Origin: Patescibacteria group bacterium
Lineage (GTDB): Bacteria > Patescibacteriota > Microgenomatia > Levybacterales > UBA12049
Assembly: GCA_018900295.1 (NCBI GenBank)
Contig: JAHIGH010000171.1
Location: forward strand, 1 to 26,501
Length of the DNA: 26,501 nt
Reading direction: 5' to 3'
A program made the translations under genes and the position numbers. Under the pieces are notes generated by a model that worked only from the letters and a program-made list of their open reading frames with translations, was not told the DNA's origin and searched no databases. Shown piece by piece: positions 13,532 to 21,891 of the stretch (positions within the stretch are counted from its first letter, which is position 1; the number at the start of each line of letters is the position of its first letter).

Positions 13532-13603
13532 TTTTGTCACCCCGTGTTCTTGAGAAAAGACTGACTATGGAAAATTTACCATAGATTAAGTATCATATGC
13601 TAT

Positions 13604-16390
13604 ATGAGCAATCTTGTGCGGCTATTAGAACTAAAATCGGAGTATTGGGTAAATGAAGAAAAGAAAAAATCGCAATCGCTGATTGGAAACCTCGTAAAAT
13701 ACTTAGAAAAAAGCAAACTTCGCGAGCCTCAGATAGAAGCAATAAAGGTATATTTCTGGTTAAAGTTCGTCGGAAATAATCAAAAAATATCAGACATAAT
13801 CAGAGCAGGGCTTTTGTATGACGAGGAAACGGCGCAAGAATACGATAATTTTTATAATTTTGGAAATAATTACGCGACACATTTTCTGAATCAATTTTTT
13901 CAGGACAACGGCCTTTCTAATCTGCAAAGAAAATTGGCAAATGATCCCATGGGCAAAAAAACAAATTGGGACAAATTTTTGGAAGAGCTTTTGCATAATT
14001 ACGATTACCCGAATTATTTATTCAGTTTGCCGATGGGAGCGGGTAAAACTTATTTGATGGCTTGTTTTATTTATTTGGATTTATATTTTGCCGGCTTGTA
14101 CAAGACTGATAAAAGATTCGCCCATAATTTCATTGTTTTGGCTCCGCCGGCATCAAAAACCGCGATTTTGCCGTCTTTGCAAACCATCAAAAATTTTAAT
14201 CCGGAATGGATTCTGGTCAAAAACGAGGCGGATAAATTAAAACGGATAATTCAAATAGAAATTTTGGATGTTTTGAATTCTCAAAGAAAAGACAAATTGC
14301 AAGGCAATAATCCTAATTTGGAAAAAGTCAGCCGGATTTCGCAGACCAAAGATTTTGGAATGGTTTTTATCACAAACGCGGAAAAATTTCTGGAAAAATA
14401 CGGGGAGAAAGACAAAATCTACACCGATCCGAAAAGTTTGTATTACGACGGAAAAAAAGTCAGTCAATATTTAAAAACCAATGAATTGAGAGAAAAACTA
14501 TCCAAGATAGGTTATTTGGGCGTGATTCTGGACGAGGTGCATCACAGTTATAAAAATTCAGATGACGAAAAGAAGCTGAGAGATTCCGTAAGAATTTTGA
14601 ATCAACACAAAAATGTGGTGTCCGCGCTTGGTTTTTCAGGCACGCCTTATGTCAGACATAAAGTGAAAATAGGCGGCGAAGAAGTGAAATTAAACCAAAT
14701 TCAAGATATTGTTTATAATTATTATCTTAATCAGGGCATAGGCAGGTTTTTGAAAATTCCGGAAATAAAAAAAGTGGAAATAAAAGAAGATTTATTTATT
14801 GAACAGGCTTTGAGCGATTTTTTTGCTAATTTTGACATTGAATACAAGAACGGCGCCAAAAGCAAAATCGCTTTTTATTGCCCGTCAATCAAAGTTTTGA
14901 ACGAAAAAATCTTGCCGGCGATTCAAAGCTGGTACAAGGAAAATCGAACCGGCAAGGAAAGTGAAATTTTTAAATTTTATACCGATGGAAAAAAAGAGAA
15001 CAAACAATATGATTTGCCCAAAGACAGTTTGGCCGTATTCAACAATTTAGACAAGCCATATTCCGAAAAAAGAATTATTTTGCTGGTGGCGATTGGCAAA
15101 GAGGGCTGGGATTGTAAAAGTTTGACCGGCGTGGTCTTGCCTCGCCAAAAGACGACCAAGAATTTCGTCTTGCAGACGACTTGCCGATGTTTGCGAGAGG
15201 TTGACAACGCTGCCCGTGAAAAAGCTTTGATTTATTTGGAAAAAGACAATTATGAAACGCTGGACAAAGAGCTGAAAGAAAATTATAATTTAACCATCTC
15301 TGATTTGAAATTCATTCAAGATCAAGCGATTCCCGTAAAAATAAGAAAACCTAAGCTAGGCAAGCTGAAATACAAGCAAATTGAAACAAAATACAAAATC
15401 ATTTTGAAAAAGATCAAAGCCGACAATCTGAATAATTTTGATTTTGCCAAAATCAAAGAAAAATACGATTACGACAAAAGGATAATCACAGGCAAGATCG
15501 GCCAAGCTGGTTTGGTGGCGGAGAGAGAAGCGAAATACACGAATTCAAGCCAAGAGGATTATTCGTTCAATGATTTTATTTATGATTTGGCGCGAGAGAC
15601 TTTTGGCAAATTCAACGAAATTGATTTGTTGGCAAAACATAAAGAAGAGCTGGAAAAGATTTTTGAAAAAATACATAGGGAAATAGATTGGATTAAATTC
15701 AATCCGAATTTGGAAATCATTGATGTCGTAAAATATACAGCTTCCTTCTTGGCGGAAGAAATTGAGACGAAAAAAGAAATCATCACTCAGGATATGGAAA
15801 TTGAATTGCTGGAATGGGAAATAAAAAATCCAGCGATTGCGCTGAAAAACGCCGGCGGAGCTTGGGGGAAATTTTTGCCGGAAATAACCAAAACCAACGC
15901 GGAAATGTACAAAAGACATCCGGAAGATATAGAAGAGGAAGTTAAAAATTTGGATCCGCAAGATGCCAGTTTCAATTATTCGCCGTACAAAATGGACAGC
16001 GGTTTTGAAACAAACGCCTTGTCAGAAATGCTGAAAATCAGCGAGCTTGAGGGTTTGGAAGTTTATTACAACGGCTACAAAGGTCAACTGGAAAATTTCT
16101 GGATTCAGACTCCGGATGGAGTTTATACGCCGGATTTTTTGGTTTTGAAAAGAAAGAATAACCAAAAATATAAAACCGCCAAAGACAAAAACGAGATTGA
16201 AAAGGTTTTAATAGTGGAAATGAAAGGCGAGATTTACGACAATGAATTCGGAAAAAAAGAAAATTTCGTGAAAAATGAATTTATAAAGCATAATCCAAAT
16301 TTTGAGTTTGTAAAATTTACCGATCCGGAGAATAAAAATAATTTTGTCAAACATATAGATGAATTTAAAAAAATAATTAAAAATTTTTAA
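13604..16390 (+). CDS. res: Type III restriction enzyme Res subunit (SF2 helicase plus PD-(D/E)xK nuclease)
   Basis: LREPQIEA (Q motif), SLPMGAGKT (Walker A), ILDEVHH (motif II), FSGTP (III), IGKEGWD (V), QTTCRCLR (VI variant), C-terminal YTPDFLVL...IVEMKG. Adjacent to an adenine MTase. Confidence 0.85.
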   Translation: MSNLVRLLELKSEYWVNEEKKKSQSLIGNLVKYLEKSKLREPQIEAIKVYFWLKFVGNNQKISDIIRAGLLYDEETAQEYDNFYNFGNNYATHFLNQFFQDNGLSNLQRKLANDPMGKKTNWDKFLEELLHNYDYPNYLFSLPMGAGKTYLMACFIYLDLYFAGLYKTDKRFAHNFIVLAPPASKTAILPSLQTIKNFNPEWILVKNEADKLKRIIQIEILDVLNSQRKDKLQGNNPNLEKVSRISQTKDFGMVFITNAEKFLEKYGEKDKIYTDPKSLYYDGKKVSQYLKTNELREKLSKIGYLGVILDEVHHSYKNSDDEKKLRDSVRILNQHKNVVSALGFSGTPYVRHKVKIGGEEVKLNQIQDIVYNYYLNQGIGRFLKIPEIKKVEIKEDLFIEQALSDFFANFDIEYKNGAKSKIAFYCPSIKVLNEKILPAIQSWYKENRTGKESEIFKFYTDGKKENKQYDLPKDSLAVFNNLDKPYSEKRIILLVAIGKEGWDCKSLTGVVLPRQKTTKNFVLQTTCRCLREVDNAAREKALIYLEKDNYETLDKELKENYNLTISDLKFIQDQAIPVKIRKPKLGKLKYKQIETKYKIILKKIKADNLNNFDFAKIKEKYDYDKRIITGKIGQAGLVAEREAKYTNSSQEDYSFNDFIYDLARETFGKFNEIDLLAKHKEELEKIFEKIHREIDWIKFNPNLEIIDVVKYTASFLAEEIETKKEIITQDMEIELLEWEIKNPAIALKNAGGAWGKFLPEITKTNAEMYKRHPEDIEEEVKNLDPQDASFNYSPYKMDSGFETNALSEMLKISELEGLEVYYNGYKGQLENFWIQTPDGVYTPDFLVLKRKNNQKYKTAKDKNEIEKVLIVEMKGEIYDNEFGKKENFVKNEFIKHNPNFEFVKFTDPENKNNFVKHIDEFKKIIKNF

Positions 16391-16401
16391 TCATGCAGTT
16401 T

Positions 16402-16508
16402 TGTCATTGCGAGGAGCCGTAGCGACGAAGCAATCCCGAGTTTGTTTTTATGAATAAATTCCGAGTATTAGAGATTGCTTCGCCTCGAGTACGGGGCTCG
16501 CAATGACA
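16402..16508. repeat. REP-like head-to-head dimer (GTCATTGCGAG...GAAGCAATC / GATTGCTTC...CTCGCAATGAC)
   Basis: Perfect 12-bp outer IR TGTCATTGCGAG (16402-16413) / CTCGCAATGACA (16497-16508) and perfect 10-bp inner IR CGAAGCAATC (16426-16435) / GATTGCTTCG (16473-16482). Confidence 0.9.
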
Positions 16509-16531
16509 GAATGAGCGTAAAATTTAATCTT

Positions 16532-18361
16532 ATGAAAACAAAAATAAAATCATACAACATAGAGCCGGCCAGAGGGCAGGCTTTGCTGAAATTTCAAGGA
16601 AGAATTTTTCCCAAATCAATGGATCTGTTTGAGGCGGAAACTGTTGAGGAAATTAAGCAAAAAAACCAAAATTTGGATTTGCGCGACAAGCAAAAAGAAT
16701 TAAACGCCGATTTCAAAAATCTGCTTTTGCAAGGCGACGCCTTGTCCGCTTGCGCTTATTTGAAATCAAAGGATATCAAAATTGATTTGGTCTATATTGA
16801 TCCGCCTTTTGCCAGCGGAGCGAATTACGCCAAAAAAGTGTATTTGCGAAATGGCGATAAAACAAAGTTTGAAAACGACGACAGCAGTATTGGCGAGGAA
16901 ATTATGTATGGCGATATTTGGCAGAAAGAAGATTATTTGAATTGGCTATATGAAAGATTGCTGGCGATTCGGGATGTTATGAGCGAAAAAGCCAGCATCT
17001 ATGTGCATTTAGATTGGCATATCGGAGCTTATGCCAAAGTTTTACTTGATGAAGTGTTTGGGGAGGAGAATTTTGTGAATGAAATTATATGGAGTTATAC
17101 AGGGCCAAGTTCAGCGACCGATACTTTTGCCAAAAAACACGATACAATATTTTTTTATAGTAAATCAGAAAATAAAAATTTTAATTTGCAATATATTAAA
17201 CATGTAAGCGGTTTGCATAATACTGGACAAGTATTTGGCGACAATAATAAAGACGAAGACGCAGTTAGAGGAAAAGAAGAAACAGGTAAAAAACTTGAAG
17301 ATTGGTGGATTGATATTTTTGCGGGAGAAAGATATAGAAATGAGCTTCAAGGCTATTCAACTCAAAAACCTGAAAAATTGTTAGAAAGAATTATAAAAGC
17401 CAGTTCTGATGAAGGTATGATTGTTGCTGATTTTTTTAGCGGCAGCGGCACAACTGCCAAAGTGGCGGATGATTTGGGCAGGAAATTTATCGCTTGCGAT
17501 ATCGGCATAAACGCCATTGAAACAACCAGAGATAGATTAGTCAAAGCCGGAGCGAGTTTTGATATTTTGAAAATCAAAGACGGAGTAAGATTATTCAGGA
17601 ATCCTGCCCAAACAACACAAAAGATTTTTTCCTTGATTGACGGCTTCCGGCCAAGGGCAGAGCTGGAATTAAGCGAATTTTGGGACGGCGGAATCGCCGA
17701 CGCCAATGGCAATTTTGAGCCGGTTAAATTCATCGGCATTGACAAGAAATTAACCAAAGAATTATTAGGAGCGGTGCTGGAAGAAATTTATACCTTGGAG
17801 GATTCGGAAACCGGAACGAGCAAGGTAAAAATAATTTGCGCTTTTAAAGACTTGGAAATTGACCAGAGCTATGTCAACAAAGAAATAAAAGAAGATAAGA
17901 AAACCCTGATAGAAGTCGAACTCGTCAGTCTGGACGATTTATTGGCGGAAAAAAGAGATTTGCTTTTTGCCGAAGACAGCGCCGGGATTGAAATTAAAAA
18001 AGAGGGAAGCAAACGCAAAGTCAAAATTAAGAAATACTTCAGCCCGTATTTGAAAACCAAAATAGACGAATACAATGCCAAGAAAGTCAAGAAAGATAAT
18101 TTATTTGAAAAAGACGGAACCAAAACGGTTAAAATCAGCGACAATGGTTTGGAGTTGATTGAATCGGTTCAGTTTGATACTGAGTTAAAGAAGAATGGCG
18201 TTTGGACAAGTAATTTAGCGCTGGAAGACAAAGCGGAAATAAAAGCCAAGATCAAAGGAGTCTATGAATTGCCGATCAGTAAATTCAAAATCAAAATCCG
18301 CAATATAGCCGGAGATGAGATTATCATCAACAGTGAAGAAATTAAAAAAAATGACTATTGA
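16532..18361 (+). CDS. mod: Type III Mod subunit, beta-class N6-adenine DNA methyltransferase
   Basis: IDLVYIDPPF (motif IV) precedes ADFFSGSGTT (motif I), with YSTQKPEKLLERII and a variable TRD between. The annotated start 16475 is inside the REP; ATG 16532 (or 16511) is more plausible. Confidence 0.88.
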   Translation: MKTKIKSYNIEPARGQALLKFQGRIFPKSMDLFEAETVEEIKQKNQNLDLRDKQKELNADFKNLLLQGDALSACAYLKSKDIKIDLVYIDPPFASGANYAKKVYLRNGDKTKFENDDSSIGEEIMYGDIWQKEDYLNWLYERLLAIRDVMSEKASIYVHLDWHIGAYAKVLLDEVFGEENFVNEIIWSYTGPSSATDTFAKKHDTIFFYSKSENKNFNLQYIKHVSGLHNTGQVFGDNNKDEDAVRGKEETGKKLEDWWIDIFAGERYRNELQGYSTQKPEKLLERIIKASSDEGMIVADFFSGSGTTAKVADDLGRKFIACDIGINAIETTRDRLVKAGASFDILKIKDGVRLFRNPAQTTQKIFSLIDGFRPRAELELSEFWDGGIADANGNFEPVKFIGIDKKLTKELLGAVLEEIYTLEDSETGTSKVKIICAFKDLEIDQSYVNKEIKEDKKTLIEVELVSLDDLLAEKRDLLFAEDSAGIEIKKEGSKRKVKIKKYFSPYLKTKIDEYNAKKVKKDNLFEKDGTKTVKISDNGLELIESVQFDTELKKNGVWTSNLALEDKAEIKAKIKGVYELPISKFKIKIRNIAGDEIIINSEEIKKNDY

Positions 18362-18387
18362 CATGGGGAGAGATTGTATGCTATACA
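18358..18387 (+). promoter_or_regulatory. Candidate rpoB promoter
   Basis: TTGACA (18358-18363, overlapping the mod stop), 18-bp spacer ending TG-n, then TATACA (18382-18387). The -10 is imperfect. Confidence 0.45.
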
Positions 18388-18501
18388 TAAAATACTCTGT
18401 TTCAAACAAAGATACAAGGGTTAAGCCCCGAGTATCTTTTATTGCATATTAGAGTTTTTTTTCATCCCGCTCAGCGGGGACTGCCTAAAGCAATATCACA
18501 A

Positions 18502-21500
18502 ATGCCAAAACAACTCGCACCACAAAAAAACAATATAGTTAGACAGAACTGGGGAAAGAACTATACAATACTACCTCCGCTGGACCTTTTAGCGGTACAA
18601 AAAAATTCATACAAATTATTTCAAGAAGTAGGAATAGCGCAAATTCTGAAAGAAATATCACCTGTTGATGATTTCACCGGAAAAAATTGGAGTCTTTCCT
18701 TTAGTACCCATAAAATAGGCAAAAACACAAGTGACGCGGAGACGGCTCTCGAGAAAGGCCTTACCCACAACGCGCCCCTGACAGTGAAGGTTATTTTAAC
18801 TAACAAAAAAACAGATGCCACTTATGAAGCGGAAGTTTTTTTAGGAGACATTCCTCAAATGACAGAACGGGGAACTTTTATAATAAACGGTATCGAAAGA
18901 GCAGTAGTCAATCAATTAGTCCGTTCCCCCGGGGTATTTTTTACGGGAACACAAGATCCGATTACCGGTAAAACACTACATTCCACAGAAATCCGTCCAT
19001 CTCATGGTTCTTGGCTTGAGTTCGCGACAACTCGTTATGGTACAATCACAGTTAAAATTGACAGGAGACGTAAATTTCTTGCCACCACTTTTCTCCGTGC
19101 ATTAGGGATATCAGATAATAATGCCATAAAAGAAAAATTCAAATCAATTGAAGAGGGCTCAGAAGTTTCGTTCATTGAAAATACTTTGCAGAAAGATGAA
19201 ACAACCAGCGAAACCGAAGCTCTTGTAGGGATATTCAAGAAAATGCATCCGGGAGAACCTATTGTTCTTGATAAAGTCAGGGAGTACTTCACCAATCTTT
19301 TTTTCAACAGCCGTCGTTATGATTTGGGAGTAGTAGGAAGATACAAAATAAACAAGCGGCTTAAAGCAGTAGCGGGGTATAGTGAGTCACAGGATCGAGT
19401 TTTAACCGTTGATGATATTATCGCGGCAATTTCCTACCTCATAATACTGGAACAAGGCAAAGGCGACGTAGATGATATTGATAGCCTTGCCAATAGACGA
19501 GTCCGTAGCGTTGGTGAGTTAGTTGCTATAAATGCTTTCCGCGTTGGTGTTCTTCGTATCGAAAGAAGCATTAAAGAGCGCATGAGTCTTTTACAGCCCG
19601 ATACTCCCATTGCGGTAGCAAATCTTATAAACGCGCGTCCTATTATGGCTGCTATCAATGAATTTTTCCGCACTTCACAGTTATCTACCATCCTCGATCA
19701 AACCAACCCTCTTTCCGAAATAGACAACCTCAACCGTCTGACAGTCATGGGTACGGGAGGTATTTCAAGAGAAAGAGCAGCCTTTTCAATTCGTGATATC
19801 AATAGTTCGCAATATGGGAGAATTGATCCGATTAGAAGTCCTGAAGGTCCGAATATTGGACTCGTTACCTATATCGCTCTTTATGCAAGGGTAAATGATT
19901 ATGGTTTCCTTGAGTCTCCATATAAGAGAGTTATTAAAGAAAAAAGAGGCGGGAAGACGCGCGTTTTAATAACCGACGAAATTTTTTATATGACAGCGGA
20001 TGACGAACGGGAGCACTATATAACTCATGCAGGTATTTCTATTTCTGATAATAATGAAATTATTGAACCAAGAATTGCTGCACGCTACAAAGGAGAATTT
20101 ATTGAAGTTGATAAAGAAGCAATTGAATATATCGATGTTGCTCCGCGTCAAGTAGTCGGTACATCAGCATCTTTGATTCCTTTCATTGCGCATGATGAAG
20201 CCAACCGCGCGCTTATGGGTACACATATGCAATGTCAAGCTGTCCCACTGGTAAATCTGGAAAGTCCGATTGTGGGAACAGGTATGGAAGCAACAATAGC
20301 TGAAGTAATGAAAAGAGTTGTAAGAGCGCCGATCAGCGGGAAGGTAAGCTATGTTGACTCGGAAAAAGTAATACTGGAAGATAAAGAAGGTAAAAAAGAA
20401 ACTTTCCCGATTGAAACATTCCAGCGGACATCACAAGCAACATGCTACACACAGCGGCCGATGGTGATAGAAGATCAATCAGTAAAAAAAGGCGATTATC
20501 TAATTGATGGCCCGTCAGCACAAAACGGAGAATTAGCACTCGGTCGTAATCTCCTGATTGCCTATGCCTCGTTAGATGGATTAGGTTATGAAGACGCCAT
20601 CGTTATTTCAGATCGCTTAGTCAAAGACAATGTTTTGTCATCAATCCATATCGAGAAATATGAAGCATCAGTCGTCGAAACCAAGTTGGGACCTGAAGAA
20701 ACAACGCGTGATATTCCCAACGTCTCAGAAGAAGATCTGGCAAACGTTGACGTAGATGGTATTGTTGTTCTGGGAAGCGAAGTCTCACCGGGTGATATAC
20801 TCGTCGGGAAAATCGCTCCCAAAGGCGAAACTGAATTAACAGCGGAAGAAAGATTACTGCGCGCGATTTTCGGTGAACAGGCGCGTGAAGTTCGTGACAC
20901 AAGTCTTCGTATGCCTCATGGTGAACGCGGAACGGTTATCAATGTTCAAATTTTGGATAGGAAACAAGGTGACGAACTTGAGCCTGGAACAACTCGCAAG
21001 ATCATTGTCGAGGTTGCTCAATTCCGTCATGTTGTAGTTGGTGATAAAGTCGCCGGCCGCCATGGAAATAAAGGTATTATTTCCCGTATCTTACCTGTTG
21101 CGGATATGCCTTATCTTCCTGATGGCACAGCGGTTGATATCGTTATTTCTCCGATTAGCGTACTTGCTCGTATGAATCTGGGACAACTTCTTGAAGCGCA
21201 TCTTGGCATTGCTGCTCAAAAACTTAATATGAAGATAGGTGTTCCGGTTTTTGAAAAAATTTCCGAAAAAAAAATTGTAGAATTACTTAAACTTGCGAAT
21301 TTACCTGTTTCCGGGAAAATGCAATTATTCGATGGCCGCACAGGTATGCCATATGAAAAAGAAGTTGTGGTTGGAATTGAATACATTATGAAGCTTATTC
21401 ATATGGTTGAAGACAAGACGCATGCCCGGTCAACAGGTCCATACTCACTGGTTACCCAACAGCCTCTTGGTGGAAAAGCGCAAATGGGAGGTCAGAGACT

Positions 21501-21891
21501 TGGAGAAATGGAAGTATGGGCATTGGAAGCACATCGCGCTAGGTATATCTTACAAGAAATGTTAACAATTAAATCAGATGATGTTGTCGGCCGCGCAAAG
21601 GCGTTTGAAGCGATCGTTAAAGGAACCGATATTCCGACACCCAAAGTTCCTGAATCATTTAAAGTACTTATTAAAGAATTGCAATCACTCGGACTTAATG
21701 TTGTACCAATGGGAGCTGTAGTCGCAAGTGATGCGGTTGAAATAAAAGAAGAAAAATCAGCGGAAGAAGTAAAAGAACAGGTTCAGGAATTGCAAAAATC
21801 ACTGGAAGTAGAAAATATTATTGAGGAAAGCAAGCAGCCTGAGCAAGTATCAGCGCCTATCAAGGAAACAGAGAATGGAGGAGTAGTTTAA
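18502..21891 (+). CDS. rpoB: DNA-directed RNA polymerase subunit beta
   Basis: GTFIINGIERAVVNQLVRSPG, PEGPNIGL, NRALMG.HMQCQA, GDKVAGRHGNKG, GGKAQMGGQRLGEMEVWALEA. ATG 18502 preferred over the non-ATG start 18442. Confidence 0.98.
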   Translation: MPKQLAPQKNNIVRQNWGKNYTILPPLDLLAVQKNSYKLFQEVGIAQILKEISPVDDFTGKNWSLSFSTHKIGKNTSDAETALEKGLTHNAPLTVKVILTNKKTDATYEAEVFLGDIPQMTERGTFIINGIERAVVNQLVRSPGVFFTGTQDPITGKTLHSTEIRPSHGSWLEFATTRYGTITVKIDRRRKFLATTFLRALGISDNNAIKEKFKSIEEGSEVSFIENTLQKDETTSETEALVGIFKKMHPGEPIVLDKVREYFTNLFFNSRRYDLGVVGRYKINKRLKAVAGYSESQDRVLTVDDIIAAISYLIILEQGKGDVDDIDSLANRRVRSVGELVAINAFRVGVLRIERSIKERMSLLQPDTPIAVANLINARPIMAAINEFFRTSQLSTILDQTNPLSEIDNLNRLTVMGTGGISRERAAFSIRDINSSQYGRIDPIRSPEGPNIGLVTYIALYARVNDYGFLESPYKRVIKEKRGGKTRVLITDEIFYMTADDEREHYITHAGISISDNNEIIEPRIAARYKGEFIEVDKEAIEYIDVAPRQVVGTSASLIPFIAHDEANRALMGTHMQCQAVPLVNLESPIVGTGMEATIAEVMKRVVRAPISGKVSYVDSEKVILEDKEGKKETFPIETFQRTSQATCYTQRPMVIEDQSVKKGDYLIDGPSAQNGELALGRNLLIAYASLDGLGYEDAIVISDRLVKDNVLSSIHIEKYEASVVETKLGPEETTRDIPNVSEEDLANVDVDGIVVLGSEVSPGDILVGKIAPKGETELTAEERLLRAIFGEQAREVRDTSLRMPHGERGTVINVQILDRKQGDELEPGTTRKIIVEVAQFRHVVVGDKVAGRHGNKGIISRILPVADMPYLPDGTAVDIVISPISVLARMNLGQLLEAHLGIAAQKLNMKIGVPVFEKISEKKIVELLKLANLPVSGKMQLFDGRTGMPYEKEVVVGIEYIMKLIHMVEDKTHARSTGPYSLVTQQPLGGKAQMGGQRLGEMEVWALEAHRARYILQEMLTIKSDDVVGRAKAFEAIVKGTDIPTPKVPESFKVLIKELQSLGLNVVPMGAVVASDAVEIKEEKSAEEVKEQVQELQKSLEVENIIEESKQPEQVSAPIKETENGGVV

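Noticed and set aside
16475-16531. Annotated N-terminal extension of Mod (MLRLEYGARNDR)
   Set aside because: It is read through the right arm of the REP element. ATG 16532 or 16511 is more plausible.
16532-18361. Phase-variable mod (phasevarion)
   Set aside because: No simple-sequence repeat tract seen. Only short A/T runs expected in AT-rich DNA.
18442-18501. Annotated N-terminal extension of RpoB
   Set aside because: Non-ATG start running through the leader T-run and hairpin. ATG 18502 fits the RpoB N-terminus.
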